Below, one piece after another: positions 48,754-58,701 of a stretch of DNA of 64,000 nt. The first letter of the stretch is position 1, and each line of letters starts with the position of its first letter. This stretch comes from Acidobacteriota bacterium (GTDB lineage Bacteria > Acidobacteriota > UBA6911 > RPQK01 > JAJDTT01). Location of the stretch: NCBI GenBank assembly GCA_965263035.1, contig OZ253580.1, positions 1,632,001-1,696,000 of the forward strand. The letters are read 5' to 3'. A model generated the notes under the pieces. It was not told where the DNA came from, made no database searches, and saw only the letters and a program-made list of their open reading frames with translations. A program made the position numbers and the translations under genes.

Positions 48754-50110
48754 GAAAGAGCGAGTGGATGGTCTTCAGGACTTCGTCAACCAGCACATCG
48801 CCGCCCTCGGGCCCGACCAGGAACTGGTCGGCGCTGTATCCGCCACCGGCGACCGCCTCCGTCGTGGGAAGATAACCCGCCAACTGACTGGCCAACTGCA
48901 CCGTGAAGGTCAACACGGCCGGGCTTCGCGCCTGAATGCGGATGGAATACTCCAGGTAGAGCTCAAAAGGGACGCTCACCAGCGCGACATCGCCCACGCG
49001 CATCACATGGAAGCGGAAGGTTCCGCCGCCGTCGATGGGATAGGGCGGTTTCCGCGACGGGTCGGCTCGCGGAAGGTCGAGATGCAGGATCCTGTGCGTC
49101 AGCTGCAACCTCCTTTTGATTCCGGACTTGGAGTACGGCAGGACGGCGTCCAAAGCGTCGGCGATGCGGAGCGCGATCTCCTGGCGGCTGGAAATACCCT
49201 TGCGGTCCAACATGATTTGCTCGGCGCGTTTGCGAAACATCAGGTGCGGCGAGATGTCGCCTGAAGCGGCGCATTGCGGAAATATGAACCAGTCGGCCTG
49301 ATGACGTTTTCTAACTTCCTGACGGACCTCGTGCCAGAAGTCGGCGGAGACCTCCGAGATACCTTCGGTCTCCTGCGAGGGGGCGGCCAGGTTGATCACG
49401 ACGCCGGTGAGTTCCTCCTGGTCATTCCAGAAGAAGAGCATCGGCACCCCGGGATCCTCGAACCCTTCGATCCCGATGAAGTCTTCCCTGCGGGTGTCCC
49501 CGTACATCACCGACTCGCCGTTGCGATAGACGGCGCGGCGGTTGTGTCCGACCACGGCTTGCCCCAGTCCCCAACTCATGCCGGTGGGCTTACGGCTTTG
49601 CCATGCTTTCACCAGACCCTCGGACAGCCGGTCCACCAGCCACCGGCCGTACTCGGATGAGCTCATGGCCACCGGCGGCGGTTCGTCGCCCCACCAGACG
49701 CTGAAAGTGCCGTCGACCTGACCCGGGGCGGTATGGGTGTGCGTGGCGTGAAGAAACACCTTCTCAGGGTCGAGATCCTTCAGCTCTTGGGACACCGAAC
49801 GCCGCAGACCCTCTTCGGTGACCTGCCGGATGTAGCCGAGATCGCATGAGATCATGACGGCCTGTTCCAGCGAACGGCCGTCCTGTTTCGTCTCGAGCGC
49901 CAGGACCGTCGCGGTCAGCGGGTCTCGAGCCCGGCCGGCGATACGTGGGCGCTTCTGCCCCACGAGCGCCACTTCCCGAGGCGGCGTGATCACCACCTCG
50001 GCCCAGCCCACGTAGAGCGTCCCCTCGGAAGCAAGACCCGGCACCGAAACCGCTGACAGAATTATCGCAACAATGAGATGAAATGTTACGGACGCTGGAA
50101 ATCGTTCCAT
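48749..50110 (-). CDS. Neutral/alkaline ceramidase-like amidohydrolase, exported
   Basis: VGWAEVVITP, DPLTATVLAL, HATHTHTAP, NRR, PFELY, GYLPT...GGYS. Start uncertain. Confidence 0.72.
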   Translation of the reverse strand: MERFPASVTFHLIVAIILSAVSVPGLASEGTLYVGWAEVVITPPREVALVGQKRPRIAGRARDPLTATVLALETKQDGRSLEQAVMISCDLGYIRQVTEEGLRRSVSQELKDLDPEKVFLHATHTHTAPGQVDGTFSVWWGDEPPPVAMSSSEYGRWLVDRLSEGLVKAWQSRKPTGMSWGLGQAVVGHNRRAVYRNGESVMYGDTRREDFIGIEGFEDPGVPMLFFWNDQEELTGVVINLAAPSQETEGISEVSADFWHEVRQEVRKRHQADWFIFPQCAASGDISPHLMFRKRAEQIMLDRKGISSRQEIALRIADALDAVLPYSKSGIKRRLQLTHRILHLDLPRADPSRKPPYPIDGGGTFRFHVMRVGDVALVSVPFELYLEYSIRIQARSPAVLTFTVQLASQLAGYLPTTEAVAGGGYSADQFLVGPEGGDVLVDEVLKTIHSLFQ

Positions 50111-50177
50111 TATCATTCTCCGTTGGTTAGTCATAAGATACACACCACGCCGTGAATTTGTGACCTTCGAGAGTCCC

Positions 50178-51479
50178 ATGGAAGATAAATGGAAGAAATC
50201 AAGGAAGTTCCTGGTTCGGGCCGAAGGGTCCCTCGCCGGCGGCGTCAGCAGTCCCTTCCGGCGCAAGTCTCCGGTGCCCCTGTTCTTTCGGGATGGCTCG
50301 GGCTGCCGGCTGGAAGACGTGGACGGGAACCGCTACATCGACTACGGCCTGGGCTGGGGCCCTCTGATCCTGGGCCATCGCCACCCTGCCCTTCTGGAAA
50401 CGCTTCGGTCCCAAGTGGAGCGTCCCTTTCATTACGGCGCCCAGCATGAACTGGAGTCCCGTCTTTCCGAGCGAGTCCAACGGCTCGTCCCGTGCGCCGA
50501 ACGGGTGGCCTTCACTTCCAGCGGAAGCGAAGCCGTGCAACTGGCCCTGCGGCTGTCCCGAGCCTTCACCGGGCGCAAGCTCGTGGTCAAGTTCGAAGGC
50601 CACTACCACGGCTGGATGGACTCGATCCTGGCCAGCTACCACCCCTCGCTGGAAGAGATCGGGACTATCGAGCAACCCCGGACCGCGCCCGGCACACGAG
50701 GCCAGCTGCTGGCGGCGCTGGATGATCTGCTGGTCTGTAGCTGGAATCGAATGGACCTGGTGAACGGCCTCTTCCGGCAGCATGGCGACCGGATCGCCGC
50801 CGTCATCATGGAGCCGGTCCTGTGCAACAGCGGCTGTCTGCTGCCTCGGGAGGCCTACCTGCGCGGCGTTCAAGAGATCTGCGCCCGGCATGGCGCCCTC
50901 TTCATCTTCGACGAGGTCATCACGGGCTTCCGGATCGCCCTGGGCGGCGCCCAGGAGCTTTACGGAATCACACCCGATCTTTGTACCCTCGGGAAAGCCA
51001 TCGGGGGCGGCCTGCCCTTCAGCGCGGTGGCCGGCCGCCGGCAAATCATGGAGCAATTGATGGACGGCGTCGCCTTCGGCGGGACCTACAACGGCAACCC
51101 CCTGTCCGTCGCCGCCGCCGACACCACCCTGGCTGAACTCGAAAAAGACGGCGGCGCGCCTCTGGCTCATGCCCGGGCCATGGGAGAGAGGCTGATGGAG
51201 GGCCTGCGGGCCCTTGCCGCGGGCCGGCCGTTCCCGGTGAAGATCACCGGCCTGGGGACGGCATTCAGCGTTCACTTCACGGACAAAGACGACCTGGTCG
51301 ACTATCGGGATACGCTGGGGGACGACACGGACCGTCTGAGCCGGTTCGTCATGGAAGCTCTGAAGGAGGGAACCTATCTCCTGCCCGACGGAAGATGGTA
51401 CGTCTCGGCCGTCCATGGCGAAGAGGACATAGCCGAGACCCTGGAAAAGATGGCACTGGTATTCCAACGGCTATGCTGA
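50178..51479 (+). CDS. Class III aminotransferase, glutamate-1-semialdehyde aminomutase-like
   Basis: GGVSSPFR, SSGSEA, KFEGHYHG, FDEVITGFR, LGKAIGGG, GTYNGNP. Confidence 0.9.
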   Translation: MEDKWKKSRKFLVRAEGSLAGGVSSPFRRKSPVPLFFRDGSGCRLEDVDGNRYIDYGLGWGPLILGHRHPALLETLRSQVERPFHYGAQHELESRLSERVQRLVPCAERVAFTSSGSEAVQLALRLSRAFTGRKLVVKFEGHYHGWMDSILASYHPSLEEIGTIEQPRTAPGTRGQLLAALDDLLVCSWNRMDLVNGLFRQHGDRIAAVIMEPVLCNSGCLLPREAYLRGVQEICARHGALFIFDEVITGFRIALGGAQELYGITPDLCTLGKAIGGGLPFSAVAGRRQIMEQLMDGVAFGGTYNGNPLSVAAADTTLAELEKDGGAPLAHARAMGERLMEGLRALAAGRPFPVKITGLGTAFSVHFTDKDDLVDYRDTLGDDTDRLSRFVMEALKEGTYLLPDGRWYVSAVHGEEDIAETLEKMALVFQRLC

Positions 51480-53923
51480 ATCCCGCGGCCCCGTCGATGC
51501 TCTCGGCACTGACTCTGAGGGCCATTTTTTCGTTCTCGATTCTGCTGGCGTACGGGGCAGAAATTCGGGCGGCCGGCCAGGAATCCGTCTGCCAAGGGGA
51601 ATATGAGGAAGCCCTGTCCCTGATTCTCCAGGCCCGGACGGTCGAAGCCAGAGACAAGCTCCGGAAGTGCCTTTCCGGGGACCGGACCGACGCCGACCTG
51701 CATTATCAGCTCGCCCGCACCCACATCATCGACTTCAACCAGTCGCGCAATGCCGGCGAGGGTCGCCAGTCTCTGGGGAACGCCGTTCGTGAGCTGGACC
51801 GGGCGCTCGCCATCGATCCCGAACATCTCAACGCCCTTCGGCTGAAGTACCCGATCCACCGGGGAAAGGGCAGCATCCACTACGATCCCGGCGGCGCCTA
51901 CGAGCTGGCCCGGAAGGTCATGGATCTTCAGCCCTCTTCCCACCCATTTGTGCTGAACGTCGCCGAGTGGATGGGACTGAGCGGGGTCCGCTTCTACGTC
52001 GAGAGTGAAGACCGGGTTCCGCATGATTCCATGATCGGACTCGATCGGGCCGCCTCCCTCCTGAAGCAAATGCTCGGTGAGACGGTGCCATTCACGCCGG
52101 ACGAGGAGTCGGCGCTGATACTGCTGGGCAAGGTCCAGGCGAAGAGCGGCCGGCACGCGAAGGCCGTCGAGACCTATCAGTCCGCGCTGTTGCGGCGCCT
52201 GACGCCCGCCCAGAGGATCGAAGCCTTCCGCGGAGTCGGAATCAGCCATTTTCGCCTGGGAAACTACGCCGCGGCCGGCAAGTCCTTTCTCAACGCTCTG
52301 CAGATTCGGGTCGATCCGTTCAGTCAGTGGCTGTTCAAACTGGTCCTGGACCGTTTGGGGAATCTGCCTGTCGATTTTCCGCCCGAGCTGCTCTTTCCAC
52401 TTCGCCGGGAGCCGATCGATCCGGCGAACCCGCCCCTCCTGGAGTTCACCGACGTGGCCGCCGAACTCGGCGTCAACCGGCGGGACGGCCACGGCACGTG
52501 CGCTTGGGGGGACTACGACGGAGACGGGGATCTGGACCTGCTCCTGGGCGGGAGAGACACCTTCATTGCGCTCTACCGCAACGACGGGCGCCGGTTCGTG
52601 GAGGTCACGGATCGGGCGGGCCTGTCGAAGGTTCCATCGGGTTACAGCCTCAATTTCGTCGACTTCGACAACGACGGAGCGATCGACGTCTACGTCTGTC
52701 TCAACGGCTGGAGCGGCCCCATGGCCAACCGGCTCTTCCGCAACCGGGGGAATGGCACCTTCGAAGACGTCTCGCAGAGAGCCGGCGTGGCCGATCCGGG
52801 CTCCGGGTTCGTGTCCCTGTGGGGAGATCTCGACAACGACGGAGACCTGGACCTGGTGGTGGGCAACGGGGTTCTGAGGGACGGGTCGACCACTCAGATC
52901 TACCGAAACAATGGCGACGGGACGTTCGCCAACGTGACTCGGCAGGCCGGCTTGGCGGAGCCTCCCGAATTCGGGACCATCGGAATCGCGCTGGGCGACT
53001 ACGATCGGGACGGGGACCTGGATCTGTTCATCAACGGCTGGGCTCCCGCTCCCAACCGCCTCTATCGCAACAACGGCAACCTCAGCTTCACCGAAGTGGC
53101 CCGGCAGGCCGGAGTCGTTCAGCCCGCCCACGCCGGATACGTCTGTTTCTTCTTCGACTACGACAACGATGCCTATCCCGACATCCTGGCCACCAGTCTC
53201 GGTTCCTGGCCGGCGGTGCTGGCCGGTCTGCAACGTGCCTACTCGATCCCCAACCTGGAGGCGGTCGATCCCAACGCTCCCCGGTTGTTTCGAAACAACC
53301 GGGACGGCACCTTCACCGATGCGACCTGGGAGGCCAAGCTCTACTACCCGGTGGGCAGCATGGGCGCCGGCGTGGCCGACGTCGACAACGACGGTTACAT
53401 CGACCTCTTTTTCGGCACGGGAGACCCGCAGCTTTCCCGTCTGGAACCGAATCGTTTCTTCCGGAACAACGGAGACGGGACCTTTTCGGATCTGACCATG
53501 ACCTCGGGGCTGGGGCACATCGGAAAAGGTCACGGCGTGACCTTCATCGACTACGACGAGGACGGCGACCTGGACATCTACGCCCAGATCGGGGCGGCCG
53601 ATCCCGGGGACATGTGGGAGAACGCGTTCTACCAGAACCAGAAGGCGAATCGGAACCACTGGCTACAGGTCGATCTCGCCGGAACCCGAAGCAACCGCCA
53701 CGGCGTGGGAGCCACACTGGTGGCCCGGGCCGGCGGCTTGACCTTGCATCGCGAGGTGAAAGGAAGCGAGGGATTCGGCTCCACCAACCCCTATCGGGTG
53801 AGCTTTGGGTTGGGCCCCAGGACCCGGATCGACTCCCTCGACGTCATCTGGCCGAGTGGGGAGAAACAGACCTTCCACGACTTGCCGGCCGACAGGCTGA
53901 TCGTGGTGAAGGAAGGGGAATAG
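51473..53923 (+). CDS. TPR + FG-GAP/CRTAC1 + ASPIC/UnbV protein
   Basis: N-terminal TPRs; repeated DYDGDGDLDL / YRNNGDGTF; C-terminal HWLQV...FGLG...IWPSG. Confidence 0.9.
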   Translation: MLNPAAPSMLSALTLRAIFSFSILLAYGAEIRAAGQESVCQGEYEEALSLILQARTVEARDKLRKCLSGDRTDADLHYQLARTHIIDFNQSRNAGEGRQSLGNAVRELDRALAIDPEHLNALRLKYPIHRGKGSIHYDPGGAYELARKVMDLQPSSHPFVLNVAEWMGLSGVRFYVESEDRVPHDSMIGLDRAASLLKQMLGETVPFTPDEESALILLGKVQAKSGRHAKAVETYQSALLRRLTPAQRIEAFRGVGISHFRLGNYAAAGKSFLNALQIRVDPFSQWLFKLVLDRLGNLPVDFPPELLFPLRREPIDPANPPLLEFTDVAAELGVNRRDGHGTCAWGDYDGDGDLDLLLGGRDTFIALYRNDGRRFVEVTDRAGLSKVPSGYSLNFVDFDNDGAIDVYVCLNGWSGPMANRLFRNRGNGTFEDVSQRAGVADPGSGFVSLWGDLDNDGDLDLVVGNGVLRDGSTTQIYRNNGDGTFANVTRQAGLAEPPEFGTIGIALGDYDRDGDLDLFINGWAPAPNRLYRNNGNLSFTEVARQAGVVQPAHAGYVCFFFDYDNDAYPDILATSLGSWPAVLAGLQRAYSIPNLEAVDPNAPRLFRNNRDGTFTDATWEAKLYYPVGSMGAGVADVDNDGYIDLFFGTGDPQLSRLEPNRFFRNNGDGTFSDLTMTSGLGHIGKGHGVTFIDYDEDGDLDIYAQIGAADPGDMWENAFYQNQKANRNHWLQVDLAGTRSNRHGVGATLVARAGGLTLHREVKGSEGFGSTNPYRVSFGLGPRTRIDSLDVIWPSGEKQTFHDLPADRLIVVKEGE

Positions 53924-53934
53924 AGCCGCTGTGA

Positions 53935-53990
53935 GAGGAGACTGCCAGTCCCCCGCTCCCCGGATTCGGGGGTTGAAAACCCCCGCCCCC
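53935..53990. repeat. REP-like unit
   Basis: CGGGGGTTGAAAACCCCCGCCCC, as at 34521. Confidence 0.65.
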
Positions 53991-54043
53991 ATAGATCGAG
54001 ATTGGAGCGGCGGTTGGTGTAGAATTGCCGACAGGTCCCTCTC

Positions 54044-57000
54044 TTGAAAAAAAACAGAACCAGCGTCGTCTTCCTGTCCATCGCCGGACTGGCGTTGGTG
54101 ACCCAGACTCGTTCGGAGGTCGGTCCTTCGGACCTGGAGTCGCGGGCCACCGAACTGATCGCGGCCGAATGTCTCGGATGTCACAACTCCGACCTGGCGA
54201 CCTCCGGGCTGAACCTGACCCGTCGCGAGAGCGCCCTTCGCGGCGGAGACCACGGGCCGGTTCTGGTCCCAAGTCACCCCGAGTCCAGCCTCCTGTGGTC
54301 CAAGGTATCCTCGGGGGAGATGCCTCCGGGTAGTCCATTGTCCACGGCGGATCGTGAGGTCTTTCGAGAATGGATTGTCGCCGGCGCGCCATGGGACCAT
54401 CCGATCGGGTCGAAATCGCCGGCGAAACGCGGCGACTCCAACTGGTGGTCCTTCCAGCCGTTGCAAGAGTCACCGCCACCATCGGCCGAGACGGCTCCCG
54501 AACACTGGCAGACCTCGCCCATCGACCGTTTCGTTCACGCGCGGATGAAGGAAGCGGGTCTGGAGCCGAATCCGCCGGCCGACCCCCGGACGCTCATACG
54601 CCGTGTCAGCTACGATCTCATCGGCCTGCCGCCCGACTTCGAGGAGGTCTCGGCCTTCGTGGACGACTCCTCGCCTGCAGCTTACGAGAAGCTGATCGAC
54701 CGGCTGCTCGCCTCCCCCCGCTACGGGGAGCGCTGGGGTCGCCATTGGCTCGACGTGGTGCGGTTCGCCGAGAGCGAGGGGTTCGAGCGGGACACGCTCC
54801 GGGAAAACGCCTGGCCCTATCGGGACTACGTCATCGAGAGCTTCAACCGGGACAAGCCGTACCTGGATTTCGCGCGGGAACAGATCGCCGGCGACGTGTT
54901 GCCCCCGGTCACCCGCGACGGTCTCATCGCCACCGGTTTTCTGGTGTCCGGACCGTCCGATACCGTCGGACTCATGTCGAGCGTGCCCGTGCAGCGCGAG
55001 ATGGTTCGCCAGGACCAGATGGAGGAGATGATCGGGACGGTCTCCCAGACCTTTCTCGGTCTGACCGTCAACTGCGCTCGCTGTCACGACCACAAGTACG
55101 ACCCCATCCCGCAGCGCGAGTACTACCGGATGAAGTCGGCCTTCGACGGCGTCTGGCAAGGCGAACGGGACCTGCTGACACCCGGCGAACAGCGCACACG
55201 CCGGGAAGTCGTTCATCCGCTTGACGCGCAGATTGCGGAACTCGCAGACCATCTTGCAGCCCTTGAGATTCCCGCTCGCGGGCGTATGTTGTCACAGCGG
55301 GCAGACCGTCCATCGAGCATCGCCGCGCCCTCACCCTTTGCCCAATGGACGTTCGATCTCGACAGCCGGGACTCGGCGGGATCCCTGCACACCGAGATGT
55401 CGGAGAAAGTGGTCCTGGCTGAGGGGCGCCTGCGGGCGGCCGATGGCACGAAGCTTACGGAATCCGTCGCCAGGACGGTCCCACTTGCACGGGAATTGCG
55501 TGAAAAGACGCTGGAGGCCTGGATCTGGGTGAATCGCCTGCCGGAAAAGCAGGTCATCGTCATGAAGATCCACAATACGGAAGCGTTTCTAGGCACCGTC
55601 GTGGACGGCATCATGTACTCCGGCGGCGACGCCAGGGAGTGGCGAAATACCAGCTCGAGCTCGTTCCGCACCGCCGAAGGGACCGGGACGCCGGAAGCGG
55701 CTGAGGAAGACCGGCTGATCCATGTCGCCGTCTGCTACGCAGCCGACCACAGCATTCGGCTCTACCGCAACGGAAAACCTTACGGCAAACCTTACACCCC
55801 CGATCTCACGATCGAGGAAGGACTCCTGCAGACGTACCTGGCCGGAGAAGGCAAAGTGTCGTTCAACGTCTCCGAGGATCTTGAACTCGAGGAGGCGCGG
55901 CTCTACGACGCAGCCTTGACCGGAGAACAGGTCGAGGCCTCCTACCTCACAGGGGTTCTCAATGTCCGGCGGGAAGATTTGGACGAGGTCATGACTCCCG
56001 CCGAAAGGTCGAGCGCGCTGGAACTGCGCGCCGAACTGGAGCGATTGCGGGCGCGGCGGGAGACGATTCCGGACCCGCAGAAGATCTATGCCGCCGACGT
56101 CAGACAGCCCGGCTCGACGTACCTGCTCGAGCGCGGCGACCCCAACGCAAAGTTGGAGAAGGTTTCGGCCGGCGGCTTGTCCTGCGTCCCGACACTGTCG
56201 CCGGAGTTCGGGCTGGACGCCGACGCTCCCGAAGCGGACCGACGAATACGGCTGGCCGAGTGGATGGCGAATCCCCGAAATCCCATCTTCGCCAGAACCA
56301 TGGTGAACCGCGTCTGGCACTACCTATTCGGAAGGGGCCTGGTCGAGAATCCCAACGATCTCGGTTTCAATGGCGGTCCACCGACGCACCCGGAGCTGCT
56401 CGATTGGCTGGCCGGCGAGTTCGTCCGGGGCGGTTGGAGTGTCAAGAAACTGCACAAACGGATCATGATGTCGCAAACCTACCGGCAAGCCTCCGACTGG
56501 AGGGAAACGGCCGCGGCCATCGATGCCGGCAATCGGCTCCTCTGGCGATACTCTCCGCGGCGCCTCGAAGGGGAGTCCATTCGCGATGCGATGCTGCTGG
56601 TCAGCGAACAGATCAATTGGGAGATGGGGGGCGCCAGCTTCCGTCCTTTCCAGGAAGAAGAGAAGTACAACGCCTTCGAGATGTATACGCCGGTCGACTC
56701 CGATGAGCCCGCGTTCAACCGGCGAACCATGTATCGCATGAACGTCGCCTCGGCTGCGAGTCCGTTGCTCGATTCGTTCGACTGTCCCAATCCCAACGTG
56801 AAGACTCCCAAGCGAGTGGTCACGACGACTGCTCTGCAGGCGCTGAGCCTCATGAACAATACTTTCGTCCTGCGGCAGGCCCGGGCGTTCGCCGACCGGA
56901 TCGAGAGTGAAGTCGAATCCGACCGGGAGCGCCACGTCCGGCGTGCTTTCGAAATCGCGCTCGGACGAACGCCGGGGCATGAGGAGTTGGCGTGGAGTGA

Positions 57001-57079
57001 AGATCTGGTCGGTGAACACGGCCTGTCGAGCCTCTGCTGGGGGCTCTTCAACACCAGTGAGTTTCTCTACGTGAATTGA
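54044..57079 (+). CDS. PSD1/planctomycete cytochrome c (DUF1549-DUF1553) protein with inserted LamG-like domain
   Basis: CLGCH, YGERWGRHWLD, CARCHDHK, TLEAWI...IHVAVCY...LYRNG, PTHPELLDWLA, FNTSEFLYV. Confidence 0.9.
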   Translation: MKKNRTSVVFLSIAGLALVTQTRSEVGPSDLESRATELIAAECLGCHNSDLATSGLNLTRRESALRGGDHGPVLVPSHPESSLLWSKVSSGEMPPGSPLSTADREVFREWIVAGAPWDHPIGSKSPAKRGDSNWWSFQPLQESPPPSAETAPEHWQTSPIDRFVHARMKEAGLEPNPPADPRTLIRRVSYDLIGLPPDFEEVSAFVDDSSPAAYEKLIDRLLASPRYGERWGRHWLDVVRFAESEGFERDTLRENAWPYRDYVIESFNRDKPYLDFAREQIAGDVLPPVTRDGLIATGFLVSGPSDTVGLMSSVPVQREMVRQDQMEEMIGTVSQTFLGLTVNCARCHDHKYDPIPQREYYRMKSAFDGVWQGERDLLTPGEQRTRREVVHPLDAQIAELADHLAALEIPARGRMLSQRADRPSSIAAPSPFAQWTFDLDSRDSAGSLHTEMSEKVVLAEGRLRAADGTKLTESVARTVPLARELREKTLEAWIWVNRLPEKQVIVMKIHNTEAFLGTVVDGIMYSGGDAREWRNTSSSSFRTAEGTGTPEAAEEDRLIHVAVCYAADHSIRLYRNGKPYGKPYTPDLTIEEGLLQTYLAGEGKVSFNVSEDLELEEARLYDAALTGEQVEASYLTGVLNVRREDLDEVMTPAERSSALELRAELERLRARRETIPDPQKIYAADVRQPGSTYLLERGDPNAKLEKVSAGGLSCVPTLSPEFGLDADAPEADRRIRLAEWMANPRNPIFARTMVNRVWHYLFGRGLVENPNDLGFNGGPPTHPELLDWLAGEFVRGGWSVKKLHKRIMMSQTYRQASDWRETAAAIDAGNRLLWRYSPRRLEGESIRDAMLLVSEQINWEMGGASFRPFQEEEKYNAFEMYTPVDSDEPAFNRRTMYRMNVASAASPLLDSFDCPNPNVKTPKRVVTTTALQALSLMNNTFVLRQARAFADRIESEVESDRERHVRRAFEIALGRTPGHEELAWSEDLVGEHGLSSLCWGLFNTSEFLYVN

Positions 57080-58527
57080 CGGAGTGCCATATGATCAGCC
57101 CATCAGCGGTCCAACGCCGATTTTGCCCGCTCTCCCGCCGCCGGTTGCTCTTCGATGCCGGAGCGGGATTCGGCTGGGTCGCGCTCTCTTGGTTGACCCA
57201 ACGGGAAGCGTTGGCTGGGGCGGCGGTGCGGGGGGCCGACCCAGCTTCGGGAACGGGCCGGGTGCCGCACTTCGCTCCCAGAGCCAAGCGAGTGATCCAG
57301 ATCTTCGCGGTCGGCGGCATGAGCCACGTCGACACCCTGGATTACAAACCGGAACTCTCCAAGCGAAACGGCACGCCGTTCAATATGACGACCTTTTTCG
57401 GCCAGGCGGGCCACCTCTACGGGAGTCCGTTCGAGTTCCGCCAGAACCGTGAGAGTGGACTGTGGATGAGCAACCTGCTGCCACATTTGCGCGGTTGTGC
57501 CGACAAACTCACGCTCATTCGGTCGATGGTCTCCAACAGCGCCAACCACATGCCCGCTGTGGCTCAGATGAACACCGGTTTCGCGCTGAGCGGCTTCCCC
57601 AGCATGGGTGCCTGGGTCAGCTACGGGCTGGGCACCGAGAACGAGGACCTGCCGGCGTTCGTCGTCCTGCCCGACCCCGCCGACCACCCTTGGGGCAGCG
57701 GCCTGCAATGGGGTGCTTCATTCCTGCCCGCTTCTCATCAGGGGACGCCGTTTCGAACGTCCGGCGATGCCTTGGCTGACCTGACCACTCCCGAGTCCGT
57801 CCTGCCCGCGGAACGGAGTGCGAGCCTGGAATGGCTGGCGCGAATGAATCGAATCCACCAGCGGGAACATCCGGGAGACAGCTCGCTGCTGGCGCGTATC
57901 AGCTCATACGAACTGGCGGCGCGGATGCAGTTGAGCGTCCCCGAGATTGCCGATATCGAGCGCGAAAGCGAGAGTACTCGCCGTCTCTACGGCCTCGACT
58001 CGAAAGAAACCGAAGCGCTCGGCCGCCGCTGTCTGCTGGCGCGCCGCTTGCTGGAGCGCGGAGTCCGGTTCGTTCAGGTGTATCACGGCGGCACCAAGAA
58101 AACTTGGGACGCCCACTCCAGGCTGGAGAAACACCACACCAAGATGGCGTTGGAGTACGATCGTCCGGTCGCCGGCCTGCTCCGGGACCTGGATTCGCGC
58201 GGCATGCTGGAGGATACCCTCGTATTGGGTGTGACCGAGTTCGGCCGGACGCCCGTCGCCCAGGGAGGCAGCCTGGGACGCGACCATCACCCCGAATGCT
58301 TCACCTGCTGGCTGGCCGGCGCCGGTCTCAAGCGGGGATTCAGCTACGGAGCCTCAGACGAACTGGGCTACAAACCGGCGGAGAACCCCGTCACGATCTA
58401 CGACTACCACGCCACGGTCCTCCACCTGCTGGGGATCGACCACAAACGCCTCACCTACTACCACAACGGCATCGAACGCCGGCTGACCGACGTCCACGGG
58501 AGAGCAGTCACCGAATTGCTGGCCTGA
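57076..58527 (+). CDS. DUF1501 family protein
   Basis: SRRRLL; AKRVIQIF..GGMSHVDT; TEFGRTP; GRDHHP; RLTDVHG. Confidence 0.92.
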   Translation: MTECHMISPSAVQRRFCPLSRRRLLFDAGAGFGWVALSWLTQREALAGAAVRGADPASGTGRVPHFAPRAKRVIQIFAVGGMSHVDTLDYKPELSKRNGTPFNMTTFFGQAGHLYGSPFEFRQNRESGLWMSNLLPHLRGCADKLTLIRSMVSNSANHMPAVAQMNTGFALSGFPSMGAWVSYGLGTENEDLPAFVVLPDPADHPWGSGLQWGASFLPASHQGTPFRTSGDALADLTTPESVLPAERSASLEWLARMNRIHQREHPGDSSLLARISSYELAARMQLSVPEIADIERESESTRRLYGLDSKETEALGRRCLLARRLLERGVRFVQVYHGGTKKTWDAHSRLEKHHTKMALEYDRPVAGLLRDLDSRGMLEDTLVLGVTEFGRTPVAQGGSLGRDHHPECFTCWLAGAGLKRGFSYGASDELGYKPAENPVTIYDYHATVLHLLGIDHKRLTYYHNGIERRLTDVHGRAVTELLA

Positions 58528-58528
58528 T

Positions 58529-58701
58529 GGGAGCGGCGACAGGAGCGGCGATTTCCAATCGCCGTCCCCGGGGAGCGGCGATTTCTAGTCGCCGATCAGG
58601 GGGGTTAGGGGGACGGGAGTCCCCCCTCTATATCGCGGATGAGCGGAGAGTGGGCGACTAGAAATCGCCCTTCCGGGTGGGCGACTGGAAGTCGCCCCTC
58701 C
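58529..58701. repeat. Large REP-like mosaic between convergent genes
   Basis: GGAGCGGCGATTTCCAATCGCC, GGAGCGGCGATTTCTAGTCGCC, GGGGGACGGGAGTCCCCC, GGGCGACTAGAAATCGCCC, GGGCGACTGGAAGTCGCCCCTCC. Confidence 0.8.

Noticed and set aside
50178-51479. Calling this gene hemL
   Set aside because: GSA-aminomutase-like paralogs are common; no hem context, so no symbol assigned.
51374-53659. 761-aa ORF on - strand, and similar long antisense ORFs at 21090, 23034, 25988, 34499, 43316, 50199
   Set aside because: Each mirrors a well-supported gene on the opposite strand and has no recognisable motif.
58529-58701. Repeat clusters as a possible CRISPR array
   Set aside because: Units vary in sequence, orientation and spacing; no constant repeat-spacer period and no cas genes.
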